Source of the DNA: Callorhinchus milii
Lineage: Eukaryota
Length of the DNA: 64,000 nucleotides
Assembly (NCBI RefSeq): GCF_018977255.1
Contig: NW_024704742.1
Span: 39,372,001 to 39,436,000 of the forward strand
Reading direction: 5' to 3'
The notes under the pieces were generated by a model that was not told the DNA's origin, made no database searches, and saw nothing but the letters and a program-made list of their open reading frames with translations. This document shows, one piece after another, positions 25,182-37,518 of the stretch (position 1 is the first letter of the stretch; the number at the start of each line of letters is the position of its first letter). The translations under genes were made by a program, and so were the position numbers.

Positions 25182-25905
25182 TTACAATACAAAAATACAT
25201 TTGCATAGCACCTTTCACATCAGGAGAACGCCCCAAGGCACTGGACAATCAGGTATTTGGACCTAAGCAGGACGTTGGGATCAGGGAGGGTGGAGGGAAG
25301 GGAGGGTGGCTGATGGCTCGGTCAAAGATGAGGGTCTTGAGACGTTCCTTAAAGGAGGTAAGGGAGGGAGTGAGGCGAAGGGAATGTGGGAAGGGGCTCC
25401 TAATGGTGGGGGCAGAGAGGCTGAAGGCCCAACTGTCGATGGTGGGGTGGGCTGGGGGATGACGTGGAGCAGGCCAGAACCTGCTGAGTGGAGGGAGCGA
25501 ACAGTTTGATAATGGGTTAGCAGTTACAGAAGTAGAAAGGAAGTGTGGATGCGCTGACAGGAGCCAATCAGGAGAACCTCGATCTTGTTGACGTTCAACT
25601 GAAGACAGTCAGCTCTCAGCCAGGACTTGATGTCTGACAGACATTCTGTCAGGACAGCAGTGGTCCTGGAGTCGAGGGTAGAGGCAGAGAGATAGAGTTG
25701 GGTGTTAACCGCATACATGTGGAAGTTAACCACTTCTGTGGATGATGTCACCAAAAGGAAGCATATAGATATTGAAGAGGAAGGGACCAAGTACGGAGCT
25801 CTGAGGAATGCTGCACAAGATTGTGTGGGAGCTAGAGAGAAGCCGTTGTGGAGACAAATTGGAGTCGATGTGAGAGGAAGGATCTGAACCATTCAAGGAC
25901 AGAAT
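25182..25905 (-). mobile_element. L2 fragments (3' end plus RT region, internal deletion)
   Basis: Peptides PQSSVLGPFLFNIYMLPFGDII and NFHMYAVNTQLYLS..CLSDIKSWL. Confidence 0.9.
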
Positions 25906-26754
25906 CATGAAGGTTGAGGTGAAAGTATTTTGCCTGCTACAGGGCAGAAACTCTATCTGTGGGTCTAGATTTACTCCATTTCAGCACCCAGATTTTCACA
26001 ATTTGCTGAGTTTAGATTTCACTTTGGAATTGGTTCATGTTTTTTTCTTAAATACCACAAATCCCACAAATACGTGCAGTCAAACCATTCTAAAGTATAT
26101 CCTGTGAAGCACTTTGAGATGCTTCAATGATGTGACAAGGCACTCTATCAAATGCAAGGTTTATTATTATTTTATCATTATTTGCCCATATGAATCGAGC
26201 TGAAATGCAATTCAGACAGTCCAATAAAGAATCCTGTCAGTGACCAGTTCAGATCAAAGTTTCTCCCATTAGAGGGAATTTATAATCATTTCCTGTAGTT
26301 TGTTCCATTATTAATTTTTCTTCACTTCTACCCCACCCTCTCCACTTTTCCTTCCTCTTTGCAATCTCTCCAACCAGGAGAACAGAATAGACTGTACCAG
26401 AGGCACCTCACCAGTTCCACTCGCAGGTTGACTGATACAGATGTGCTAGCAGTGTAGCAAGCTGTGCCAGTCTTTTTTCCTTCCCCAGACATAATTGTAT
26501 TATCTTAGAGGGATAACAGAAAGCTTGCAATGCCAAAGGCCATTCGGGACATCCTTCCAAAGACCATGGATATGTGATCAAGGTATTGTGATGTGACTTA
26601 ATAAAATGTAGCAATTGGAACAAAGATGTAAGACAGCCAGCATCAGATGTAAAACAGATTTTAGGAGCAAGTTCTTAGCACAGAGTGTGGGGAGCACTGG
26701 CGGAAGCCGTGGTTGAAGCACAAAGCATCAACATATAGAGGAAATGATGCACAG

Positions 26755-26960
26755 AGGGGCCGGATTAATCTTTTGTGGGCCCAGCACCAAAAACATCTGA
26801 GGGGCTGGATTTTCATGTGCTCTATTTACATGTAATGGGGCCAATGGTAAACTGGCTCCCCAAAAGGTCTTTGGATTGTGAGATAAAATAGGGCCGCCAA
26901 TTTGTGTGTGTGGGGCCACTCAGCAGCCAATCACAGGGGCGATTGGCAACCAATCGTAGA
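26755..26960 (+). mobile_element. Possible hAT-type non-autonomous element left end
   Basis: Starts aggggccggattaa with repeated gggcc subterminal motifs; no matching right TIR found. Confidence 0.35.
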
Positions 26961-27061
26961 AGCGCTAAGGAAGTTTCCCTATTTAGAACATAAGAATTTG
27001 CTGGGCCAAAGAAGACCAAAGTCCATTTAGTTTGCCTTCCATCATCCTGACAGTCGCTTGA

Positions 27062-27940
27062 CTCTCAAAGCCAGTCAGGAACCTCGGCGTTTTGTTCGAC
27101 CCTGAGCTGTCCTTTCTCCCTCACATCCGCACCACAACTGGCACCGCCTTCCATCACCTCCGGAACATCGCCAGACTACGGCATTACCTCACCCCTCACG
27201 CTGCTGAAACCCTGGTTCACGCCTTTGTCACCTCAAGGCTGGACTATGGGAACTCTCTCCTCGCCGGCCTTCCCGCCACCTCCCTCCACAAGCTGCAGGT
27301 CATTCAGAACTCTGCAGCTCGTGTACTGTCCCGCACCAGGCTTCGGGACCACATCACTCCCACCCTCGATCGCCTCCACTGGCTCCCCATCCCTCAGAGG
27401 ATTGATTTCAAGATCCTCATCCTCACCTACAAGGCCATTCACGGCCTCGCTCCCTCCTACCTCTCCAACCTACTATCCCCCTACCTTCCTGCCCGTACCC
27501 TCCGGTCCTCCGGCTCCGGTCTGCTCCACGTCCCCCGCCCCAATCGCCCTACCATCGGTGGCCGGGCCTTCAGCCTCTCAGCCCCCAGGCTCTGGAACTC
27601 CATCCCCCAGTGCCTTCGCAGCTTCCTCCCTCTCCTCCTTCAAGGCCAATCTCAAAACCTTTCTCTTTGACCGAGCCTTCAGCTCCCCTCTCGACTCTCT
27701 TCCCCCTCCTCGCTCCCTCCCTTCCCTCCCCTCACCCTGACCATTTCCCCCCTCCTCGCTCCCTCCCTTCCCTCCCCTCACCCTGACCATTTCCCCCCTC
27801 CTCGCTCCCTCCCTTCCCTCCCCTCACCCTGACCATTTCCCCCCTGCTCGGGTCATGACCCAACTGTGCAGCGCCTTGGGACGTCCTCCTGACGTGAAAG
27901 GCGCTTTATAAATGGAATCTTGTTGTTGTTGTTGTTGTTG
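27062..27940 (+). mobile_element. Young L2 LINE, 5'-truncated, inserted into a CR1-like 3' fragment
   Basis: Nearly identical to 34986-35815; the flanks rejoin as gtcgcttga|catgt (compare 43715-43803 reversed); ttga duplicated. Confidence 0.96.
27702..27845 (+). repeat. 46-bp pyrimidine-rich tandem repeat x3 at the L2 3' end
   Basis: gaccattt recurs at 27739, 27785 and 27831. Confidence 0.95.
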
Positions 27941-28824
27941 ACATGTTGTGTCCCAAACTATATACTGTATCCCAAAAGCCAGTCTGACACTCAATTCGCC
28001 CGGAGCATAGGCCTGATGTCAGGGCGCCATTGTTAATCCTCCACTGATGTACACATGAAGGAGAAAGGAATAGAGTGGTAAAGCAGAGGGGAATAAGAAC
28101 TGTGGAGCCTCACATGAAGTATAAACACTGGCATGGACAAATAGCCTGTTTCCGTGCTGTAAATGTGCTATGCAATAATTCTATGTAGAAGAAACGTGCA
28201 GAAAAGCAGCTTCAAAATCAAAGCTGTATTTATAAATTTGCCAAATTCCGGACATGCCAAAATGTGTATAAATAATAAAGAAAATCTAGAGGAAGGTGGA
28301 ATTTCATTGCCTGCATTCGTTAGATCTGCAGACCTCATACTATTAAATGCGGTAAATATGAAAAAGGAAAGCAATTCTGTGCAATTAGAAACTTTAGAAT
28401 GTAAGGGACAGGGATTAATCTGACTTTGCCTCCAGCTTTTCTTCTTAAAATCATGCTTGCTACAGATTTTTTTAAAAAAAATTCATTTCACCGTTTAGAT
28501 GAATCAAGATGTTTAAAATTTTATGTGGCACTGAAGGTCACTAAGAATTCCTGCAGGCAGGCTCTGCTGTGATTAGCTATCCTTTTGCAGGGTTATGAAG
28601 TCCCCACACAATGGAAAAGATACAATGCAAGGAAAAGGATGACAGGAAGCGTTGCTCGGAAAGAGCTCTCTCCAGCTGTTTGAGATTTCCTTTTTTCCCC
28701 TCGGAGGACGTGATGTGAAATGCTTTTATTTGATCTAATGGCTCCCTAAAGGAAACCTGCTTATCACATTGTGCTTGGTTAACAATAATACTGCCACAAT
28801 TCCACTAATGGAATTTAACATTGT

Positions 28825-29213
28825 GGAGTCCTGTAGTGTATTGGTTAGAGCACTCGCCTCGCAAGCAAGAGGACTTGGATTCGATTTTCGAGCAAGGCAA
28901 AACATTAGGCATGTTTCCTTACTCCACACTCCTCTGTTTACCTAGCAGTAAGTTGGAACCTGGTTGTTAGTCGATTGGCGGATCGCTTTTCCGTGGGTAA
29001 TAATCCCTTCAAAATAAGTAAATAAATAAATACAAATTGGGTCACTTAATCCACGACTGTTTGTGGGACACCGCTGTGCGTAATTGGCTGCCCCCTTGCA
29101 TCCAAAAAATATGCAGTCAATTCACTTTACAGTATATTCTGTGAAGTGCTTTGAGTTGTCTCAAAGACATGGTAAGGCACTATATCAAATGCAAGGATTA
29201 ATATTATTATTAT
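28825..29213 (+). mobile_element. Full-length long-form tRNA-Ala SINE
   Basis: Head, extra ctctgtttacctagcagtaagttggaacc..gatcgcttttcc segment, Deu-like core, tail; ttaacat on both sides. Confidence 0.92.
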
Positions 29214-30086
29214 TAACATGTCTTCTTTGAGGCTGCAATACTGTGCAGTGCTTTTTACACCTCAAAGATACTGTGCTGAATGTGTGAATATTCTTGTATC
29301 ACAGTTGAATTTCACCAGTGTTTTTGTAGAAATGTTCACTTCGGTGTCTTTTGTTGCCTGCAATTAGATCTACCTGTGAGGTTTGGATCAGCACAAACTG
29401 AGCTGGTATTGTTCTTTGCCCATTTGCGCCAGTGGGAAGTTGGTGTTTGCGTTAGAAAGAGAGATGGATGGTTGATTATAAGAGTAGCAGATACACCCTT
29501 TTTTCCAGTAGGCCCAGTTAATTTTAACTCGAACAATGATTTGAAGGTCATTGCACTAACACCAGCTGTCTTTTACTGAATCTATATAATTATAATGACT
29601 GAAAATTTGAAAACAGTATAGACTGCTGGTCGCAGCAGGATAGGAATCTATGATGTTTTTTTCCCTAAAAACTAAATGACTGTTCTAGTGCTTATTAGTT
29701 TCACTTTACACTGATGCTCCATTGTTCACACACTGTAACTACAACACCATCAGCAAAGCAGGCAAAAAGCTCTTCATATGACTGGCTGTTATTTTAGCTT
29801 GCTGTAGCATACTATAACAGCTAATGTGCAGGGGATTTAGCTTTGTGTTCTAGAAAAACAGGCAGCAAATTCAGTGTAAAATCCACACACTTAGAAAATT
29901 CTGACATTTAGTATAAATCCCCAGTTATTTCCCCAAAAATAGCAAACAGAGAAATATACAGGACTAGAAAGCACCACTGTGACCATTAGGGCAGTTCCAA
30001 ACTAGAAAATACAAATGTAAGTTGCACCAGATCCATCAATTGATTTATTTGCCATGTAGCTGTCTAATTCTCTTGAATTTGTTGTC

Positions 30087-30815
30087 TCAACAACAACTTG
30101 CATTTATATAGTACCCTTCACGCACGATAGTGTCTTGGAGTGTTTAAAAGTGTCAGAGCTTGATACTGAGCCAGGTAGAGGGGGGAAGGTAACTGTAGGC
30201 ACTGTTGAAAAGGAAGGTTTTCAAATGTGATCTGAAGATTGGCAAAAAGGGGTCAAGGCAAGGGATTGAGGTAGAGTTCCATAGGGGAGGCATAGTGACT
30301 GAAAGCACGGCCTCTGATAGTGGAGCGGAGGGTATAAGTCAGGAGGTCGGATCCAGCTGAAAGCAGGGGGCTGGTAGTGGAGTGGGGTGTAAAGTGGATG
30401 GAGAGGTAGGGAAGTGTAAGGCATGAAGTAGATTGTACACAATGTGAGGATTTTGCAATTGTTCCGTTCTGCAATAGGGAGCCAGTAGACCCTGGCAAGG
30501 ACTAAGGTGATGGGGGTACAGAGTTTGGTGTGGTTGAGTATAGGGATGGCAGAGTTTTTAATTAATAGGATTTTATTGAGCCGGGAGGTGACTAATGAAT
30601 GTATAAGAATTTTGGCTGCATTGGCTGTGAGCTATGTTCGGAGGCGGGCAATGTGGCGAAGGTGGAGGAAAGTAATCCTGGTCAGGAACCTGATGTAGGG
30701 TAGGAAGGACAATAAGTCTAAGGGATAGGAGAGGTTAAGGAATTTGGAGCCACAGATGAGAATACGTTGATGGGAGCCAAGGAGTATGGCTTCCATCTTG
30801 TCATCATTCAACGTC
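30087..30815 (-). mobile_element. Old L2 3' fragment (different subfamily)
   Basis: Peptides LNDDKMEAILLGSHQ, FLHLRHIARLR and TIRGRAFSHYA; (CAA)n terminus. Confidence 0.85.
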
Positions 30816-31009
30816 AGGTATCCTTTTTGGGAGAAAACTGTTGATTCAATTTTTCCCTGGATAGTCACTTCCCTCCACTTGCTTCCTGGATAGGCTGTTG
30901 CATATAGTCACCATTTGGTATAAAATAATGAACTTTTCACTTTTCCTCTTCTGAGCTTGAGTACATATCCCCTTGTTCTCGATTTATTGACTATCCTTCT
31001 TGAGTTGTG

Positions 31010-31515
31010 TGAGGTCAGGGGAAGCTGAGTTGGATCCAAGGTGACATGCTTGGCAATGGAATGTCAGAATTAAGTCAACCCTCTGTGGCAGCCCTGGTAG
31101 TCTGGTTTCTGAGCCAAGTGGGTCCACAATACTCCAAAACCAGCTAGCTTGGTTTACCAGGAGGAATTGTCAGTCATCGCTGAGACAGGGATTCTTCTGA
31201 TTCAGCTCCTATTAACCTTGTAAATTGAAACCCTAACAGGTCCTAGCTGGATAAGAAGTGAGAAACTTGCCATACAGTGCTGTCAATGGCAAGCTGTTAG
31301 ATTTTAGCTGGTTAAACTCCAGACGTAACCCCAATGCACATTCTGCAGTCCCCAATCCTTGGCTCTTACCAACCTGTGCCTAATACTTTCTGGAATTAGG
31401 TAAGCAGGGTTTGTCCCTCCAGGGATAAAGTACACATTCCATTTCAAACACAGAGGAATTTCTAATGTGTAGGTGGCTTACATATGTGGAACTCCGAACT
31501 TGCTTTGGATACACT
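31010..31515 (-). repeat. Family X fragment 5
   Basis: ctctgtggcagccctggtagtctgg..ccctaacagg..ccaatgcaca..ccttggctcttaccaacctgtgcctaatact. Confidence 0.8.
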
Positions 31516-31527
31516 GATGCAGGATAA

Positions 31528-31670
31528 CTGCTGTGCGCAATTGGCTGCCGCGTTTCGCCCACAAATATACAGTCAATTCACTTTACAGCATATTCTGTGA
31601 AGCGCTTTGAGACATCTAGAAGACGTGAAAAGTGCTATAATCAAATGCAAGGATTATTATTATTATTTTT

Positions 31671-31701
<31 letters not shown>

Positions 31702-31717
31702 TTATTATTATTATTAA
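31528..31717 (+). mobile_element. 5'-truncated young SINE with an expanded, interrupted (TTA)n tail
   Basis: Deu-like core and tail; interrupted TTA microsatellite at 31652-31717. Confidence 0.9.
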
Positions 31718-32734
31718 TGGGATTACTGATAATGCATGCGTCAGACCCACCATACCAAGACAAAATAGATATATTAACCATAACTGTGCTAAATATATTT
31801 TTAGGATCCTATACCTTTAGCATCTTGAATCATCTAAAAACAAATCTTCATTAAGCATTATCTGTTAATAATTCTGGTGGCTGGAACCTCTTCTTGTAAC
31901 TCAGATGCTTAGTTTCAAATATCAATCCAGTTGCCCTTTGCCGTACCCTCTGCAATTCCATTTTTTTGTTAAAAAAGAGTCGTGACAGCAGGTTAATTCA
32001 TTTATGCAAACTCAAACAAAGCTTAAACCTCCTCAGATCTGAAGGGTAAAGCAAGGTACCCCGCACCAAACTGTTAATTTTCTGTGGAGATCTTATATGA
32101 GAGTTGATGTTTACTTGAATTGAAAAACAATTCATTCAAGCCATGTGGAATTCAATTTGCTATTGAAAAATGGTTAAAAGACTAATGGAGGAATTCTTCA
32201 GAAATTTCAGAAGAAGCAAGCATTCAATAAGATAAAGAAATACAGCTTTAGAATGGAGAATAAGAAAAAGAGGGGTAAATGATACTCCTGAATTCTACAG
32301 AGATTATGCCGTTAAGAAAATTTCTATTTTGGGTCAAAATTCCAAGGCTAATGTTGAAAGAGATAATGCCTGTCTACAATGTTGATTTGATCCAATTCAG
32401 GAGTGTTCAAATATTCCCAGAAAGATATACCTCTTCCCTAGAAACCTCCAGCAACAAATGAGCAGTCAATCCAGCCTGACATGTGAAGGACTCTCTGACA
32501 CTTGTTAGTGAGATTAACTAGATGTAGTCACCTAGTAACACAACGGAAAGCAAGGCTGCAGCACAACAACAACAACAAAATTACACTTGTATAGTGCGTT
32601 TCACGTCAGGAGGATGTCCCAAGGCTAAGTCAATCAACTCAACCAGTAATTAGCAAATGACTGGATTCTGGGCATACTCTGTTGCCTTCAGAATCCATGC
32701 TCAGTGCCTACATTTCCAAATAACAAAAACAATT

Positions 32735-33050
32735 TATAATAATAATAATCCTTGTATTTTATATTGCGCCTCAACACGTTCGTTCAGATGTCTCAAAGCA
32801 CATCACAGAATATACTGTAAAGTGAATTAACTTTACGTTTTCTGGGACAAATGGGGCAACCAATTTTGCACAGCAGTATTCCACAAACAATCATGGATTG
32901 AGTGACCAAATTATTATTATTTTAAGGGATTATTACCCCCAGAAAGTGATCTGCCAATTGACTAACAACCAGGTTTCTATTTACTGCTAGATTACACAAT
33001 GCTGCCCAAGATTTTGCCCTGCCCAGGAATTGAATACGGGTTCTCTCGCT
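32735..33050 (-). mobile_element. Long-form SINE, degraded
   Basis: Tail, Deu-like core, gatctgccaattgactaacaaccagg..tactgctag and a partial head. Confidence 0.75.
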
Positions 33051-33935
33051 ATTTATATAGTGCCCTTCAGGCAGGGTAGTGTCTCAGAGTTCTTAATAAT
33101 AGTGTATCGCATCACATGAACGTAACATATTGCCAATTTCATACAAAGTAGCACTGAACCACAGAAGATTATTTGAAAAACTTATACGCAGGTCAATTGA
33201 TCTTCATTAAACTTCTGCCACAATATTGATCTTTAAAAGGAGAGTTTCAGAAAATGAAATTAATGGAAAATGTACAGACAATTAATAGCAGATCGATTGA
33301 ACTTGCGTGCTTAAATATCATGTTAAGTTCTAAAATATTTATCAAAGTCTCTTACACATAGAAAAGGGCATTACAAATGAAAGATTATTGCAGAGAAAGA
33401 ATGTTGGCATACTGAATCACTTACGAAACATACCCAGATTAAACAAATACACAGAGATATAAACATGCTCCAAAAATGACCACAAACCTAGGAAGAATGA
33501 AAATAATGGTAACCTTATAACAACACTCACTGCAGCAGCTGCAAATAATACGCATATCAATGGATTATGACAGTGCAGCACGTCCTTGAAGGTACTTTTT
33601 CACTTTCGTCTGGATGAACTGGGAGATGATCTTCTAGATTTCCAACATTTACATTTACATTTCCAACACAGTCAAAAAGTTACATTCAAGTATCTCTAGA
33701 GCAGAGTGAAGGAAGTTATAACTTGATTCAAAGAGATAGTAGCAATGAGGAGGGTAGTCGTGTATCCTCTCAGTTAGCTTCAGATGCTAGCTTGCACTTT
33801 AAGAAGGTGGAGAAGGGTTATTCTTCTGCTGCCAAAAATTCAGTGGAGTATGTCATAGCTTCCTCCATGCTGGCTGAAGCCCTTCCTCACTTGTAGTCTG
33901 TTCACCCCCTGCATCTTTGACAGAAGTCTGCCCAT

Positions 33936-35666
33936 TTGGTATTTCATTGTTGGAACCAGCCACTGGTCTCTTCCCCTCCAACTTCCACCCACCACCCACC
34001 CCTTCCCTCCCACACTCCGACTCCTACCCATCCTCCCCTACACACCTTCGTACCCGTTTCCCCAACCTCTGTCACTGAACTCATCCTATCCCTAAAACCA
34101 ACCACCTGCTCCCTTGACCCCATCCCCACTCCACTCCTTATCTCCCAGCTCCATTTTCTTGCCCCACACATCACTGACATCATAAACCTGTCCCTCTCCT
34201 CTGGCTCTGTCCCCATTCCATTAAAAACTGCCATCATCACGCCCACCCTGAAAAAACCCTCCCTTGATGCGTCGCAGCTATCAAGCTACCGGCCCATCTC
34301 CAACCTCCCCTTTCTCTCCAAGGTCTTGGAAAGAGTTGTCGCCTCCCAACTGCGCTCTTTCCTCTCCACCCATTCTCTTTTTGAACCCCTTCAGTCAGGT
34401 TTCCGTGCTGCTCATAGCACAGAAACTGCCCTGGTCAAGGTCACCAATGATATCCTGACCATCTGTGACCAGGGCTCCCTCTGTCTCCTCGTCCTCCTCG
34501 ACCTATCGGCAGCATTCGATACGGTCGACCACGCTATCCTACTCCACCGCTTGTCCTCCCACCTCAACCTTCAAGGCACTGTCCTTGAATGGTTTAGCTC
34601 TTACCTTTCCCACCGTCTTCACTTCGTCTCAACGAATGGCTTCTCCTCCACCCCCCGTACTGTCTCATGTGGTGTCCCTCAGGGCTCTGTCCTCGGTCCC
34701 CTCCTCTTCACCCTCTATATGCTCCCCCTCGGTGACATCATCCGCAAACATGGGGTTAACTTCCACATGTATGCGGATGACACCCAACTCTACCTTTCCT
34801 CCTCTACTCTCAACTCCACGACCACCGATGTCCTGACAGCCTGCCTGTCCGACATCGAGTCCTGGACGAGAGACAACTTTCTTCAGCTCAACGTGCGAAA
34901 AACCGAGGCCCTCCTGATTGGCTCACGTCAGCGCCTCCGCACCTCAGGCGCTGACACCATCAGCATCCAAGGCTGCACTCTCCACCTCTCAAAGCCAGTC
35001 AGGAACCTCGGCGTTTTGTTCGACCCTGAGCTGTCCTTTCTCCCTCACATCCGCACCACAACTGGCACCGCCTTCCATCACCTCCGGAATATCGCCAGAT
35101 TACGGCACTACCTCACCCCTCACGCTGCTGAAACCCTGGTTCACGCCTTTGTCACCTCAAGGCTGGACTATGGGAACTCTCTCCTCGCCGGCCTTCCCGG
35201 CACCTCCCTCCACAAGCTGCAGGTCATTCAGAACTCTGCAGCTCGTGTACTGTCCCGCACCAGGCTTCGGGACCACATCACTCCCACCCTCGCTCGCCTC
35301 CACTGGCTCCCCATCCCCCAGAGGATTGATTTCAAGATCCTCATCCTCACCTACAAGGCCATTCACGGCCTTGCTCCCTCCTACCTCTCCAACCTACTAT
35401 CCCCCTACCTACCTGCCCGTACCCTCCGTTCCTCTGGCTCCGGTCTGCTCCACGTCCCCCGCCCCAACCGCCCTACTATCGGTGGTCGGGCCTTCAGCCT
35501 CTCAGCCCCGAGGCTCTGGAACTCCATCCCCCAGTGCCTTCGCCTTGCTTCCTCCCTTTCCTCCTTCAAGGCCGGTCTCAAAACCTTTCTCTTTGACCGT
35601 GCCTTCAGCTCCCCTCTCGACTCTCTTCCTCCTCCTCGCTCCCTCCCTTCCCTCCCCTCACCCTGA
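33936..35666 (+). CDS. L2 ORF2 C-terminal portion: complete RT domain, no endonuclease domain; the called TTG start lies in flanking DNA
   Basis: [73 protein letters not shown]. Confidence 0.9.
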   Translation: MVFHCWNQPLVSSPPTSTHHPPLPSHTPTPTHPPLHTFVPVSPTSVTELILSLKPTTCSLDPIPTPLLISQLHFLAPHITDIINLSLSSGSVPIPLKTAIITPTLKKPSLDASQLSSYRPISNLPFLSKVLERVVASQLRSFLSTHSLFEPLQSGFRAAHSTETALVKVTNDILTICDQGSLCLLVLLDLSAAFDTVDHAILLHRLSSHLNLQGTVLEWFSSYLSHRLHFVSTNGFSSTPRTVSCGVPQGSVLGPLLFTLYMLPLGDIIRKHGVNFHMYADDTQLYLSSSTLNSTTTDVLTACLSDIESWTRDNFLQLNVRKTEALLIGSRQRLRTSGADTISIQGCTLHLSKPVRNLGVLFDPELSFLPHIRTTTGTAFHHLRNIARLRHYLTPHAAETLVHAFVTSRLDYGNSLLAGLPGTSLHKLQVIQNSAARVLSRTRLRDHITPTLARLHWLPIPQRIDFKILILTYKAIHGLAPSYLSNLLSPYLPARTLRSSGSGLLHVPRPNRPTIGGRAFSLSAPRLWNSIPQCLRLASSLSSFKAGLKTFLFDRAFSSPLDSLPPPRSLPSLPSP

Positions 35667-35815
35667 CCATTTCCCCCTCCTCTCTCCCTCCCTTCCCTCC
35701 CCTCACCCTGACCATTTCCCCCCTGCTTGGGTCATGACCCAACTGTGCAGCGCCTTGGGACGTCCTCCTGACGTGAAAGGCGCTCTATAAATGGAATCTT
35801 GTTGTTGTTGTTGTT
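33972..35815 (+). mobile_element. Young L2-clade LINE, 5'-truncated, TSD gtctct
   Basis: gtctct at 33966-33971 and 35816-35821; uninterrupted RT frame; 3' stem-loop; (TTG)n tail. Confidence 0.97.
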
Positions 35816-36094
35816 GTCTCTGGTTGTTGGTGGGAGGAGAAGGGGGGAAATGCTGTCTATGTTATTGCTGCGTTGTTGAGTGTTCACACGGTGATGCCAC
35901 CACTATAGAGGTTTTTAGAAGCCAAAGAAGACCATTTAGGGGCAATGAAATAAAGATCAAACTACTAAGAAGTGGCTGTGCTTCCAGTTGTAACAATACC
36001 CTTTTTTTCCCAAACTTTCTTTTTGCAAATTACAATGGTACTCATTGGCTCCCTTGAATTTGAATATGAAAGTTTTTAAAATATCTTCATTGTC

Positions 36095-36372
36095 TGGGGT
36101 CAGCCAGGTAACTGACACATGAGGAAATCCATTAATAGTATCGAAACCAAGGTGAGATTTCCACTCATCCCACCTACACATGAAAATTCTAGCGATAAAT
36201 TGTTGGAATGGAATGGAATGTGCACTCCTGGAGGAATGCATCCAGCTTACCCAATTCCGGAAAGTATAAGCGCAGGTTGGCAAAAGACAAGGCTTGGGGA
36301 TCCCTGAGTGTGCATAGGGATACTGCAGGAATCTAACCAATAAAAACAGCAAAGCTTGCCAGTGATATATTT
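36095..36372 (+). repeat. Family X fragment 6
   Basis: tggggtcagccaggtaactgacacatgaggaaatcc..aggcttggggatccctgagtgtgcataggg..agcttgccagtgatat. Confidence 0.75.
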
Positions 36373-37104
36373 GTGGTTCTGATCTTGAAAAATATTGTTT
36401 TTCTGTCTCAAAATAACGTGCAACTATATACAGATGTATATGGAAACTTGGTCACTGAACATACGTAATTATTTACAACAGGATGTCTGCACATAAACAT
36501 TTCACAGACTTCGGAAATGTTGGCTCGTCAAGTTGAATTAGCAAAGCAGTTGAACTGCTAGGTTAAATTAAGTCCTTACAACACAAATAAGTTAAATTTG
36601 GGGTTAGTGTAGTGTTTATTCTTATCCATATACTGCCTAGTATTGATATAAGTATAGATCATAAGAGAGGTTTGGATGAAAAAGGTCCTTCATCTTTTGG
36701 TCTTTACATTTGATCTCATCCTTTCAGAATACGGTCCTCAGAATTTGTTAGTCTTTTTTCTGTTCTACCACACTATTTGGATGTGGTAATCAACATAATA
36801 TTATCATCTAAATTTTCCATGCCCTTTTCTCCATCACAGTAAATCCAATTCACACATTCATTGAAACTCTGAACGCTTAAGCACTCAACCCCACCCACCA
36901 TCAGTTCTGGGTAAAAAAGTAAAAAATATCGCAGGCAGTAAAATAAGTACCTTTGTAATAATATTCAATAATCCTTGCATTTAGTATGGTGGCTTATTGC
37001 ATGATTGTGATGTCTCAAAACACTTCACTGGATTTATTTAATGTGTAGTGATTGTGTTCTCCTGACAAGAAAGACACTAAATATACACAATTTGTTTGTG
37101 TATT

Positions 37105-37518
37105 TAATAATCCTTATATTTGATATAGCACCTTATCATGTCTATGAAACGTGTCAAAGGACTTCACAGGATTTACTCTTATGTCCAATCACTGTAAATT
37201 TTGTAGGCGAATGTAGCAGCCAATTTGTGCACAACAATGTGCAAAAATGGCCGTGAAGTGGATGTCCAATATTATTTGGAGGATTATTGGCCAGAACACC
37301 ATGAGAAACTTCCTTCTCTTATCTTTAACATTCACATGAACTGCATTCAGGACTTTCATTCAGGACATCCAAAGGATGGCACTGCTGACAAGGCAGCGCT
37401 CCCTCAGCACTGCACTGAACAAGAGTGACAGCCTGAACTATGAATTCAAAGTCCTGACATAGGGCCTGAACCCTTCTGACTCAGTGGTGAGACTATCAAC
37501 TGAGCTAGGCTGACACCT
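37105..37518 (-). mobile_element. Old SacSINE1-like SINE, full length
   Basis: Runs from the tail to the head cttctgactcag..caactgagctaggctgacac. Confidence 0.75.

Noticed and set aside
27702..27845. CRISPR-like array
   Set aside because: Contiguous tandem units with no unique spacers, inside a LINE, in eukaryotic DNA
31597..31854. Poly-Leu membrane-like ORF (also poly-Cys at 35791 and poly-Tyr at 10962)
   Set aside because: Translations of (TTA)n or (TTG)n retroposon tails
33936..35666. Domesticated RT gene or retron-like system
   Set aside because: Ordinary 5'-truncated L2 with TSD, tail and a near-identical sister copy; no native start codon
34918..35790. 290-aa Ser/Pro-rich ORF (and the 171-aa ORF at 27225-27740)
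   Set aside because: Alternative frame of the C-rich L2 ORF2; low-complexity shadow ORF
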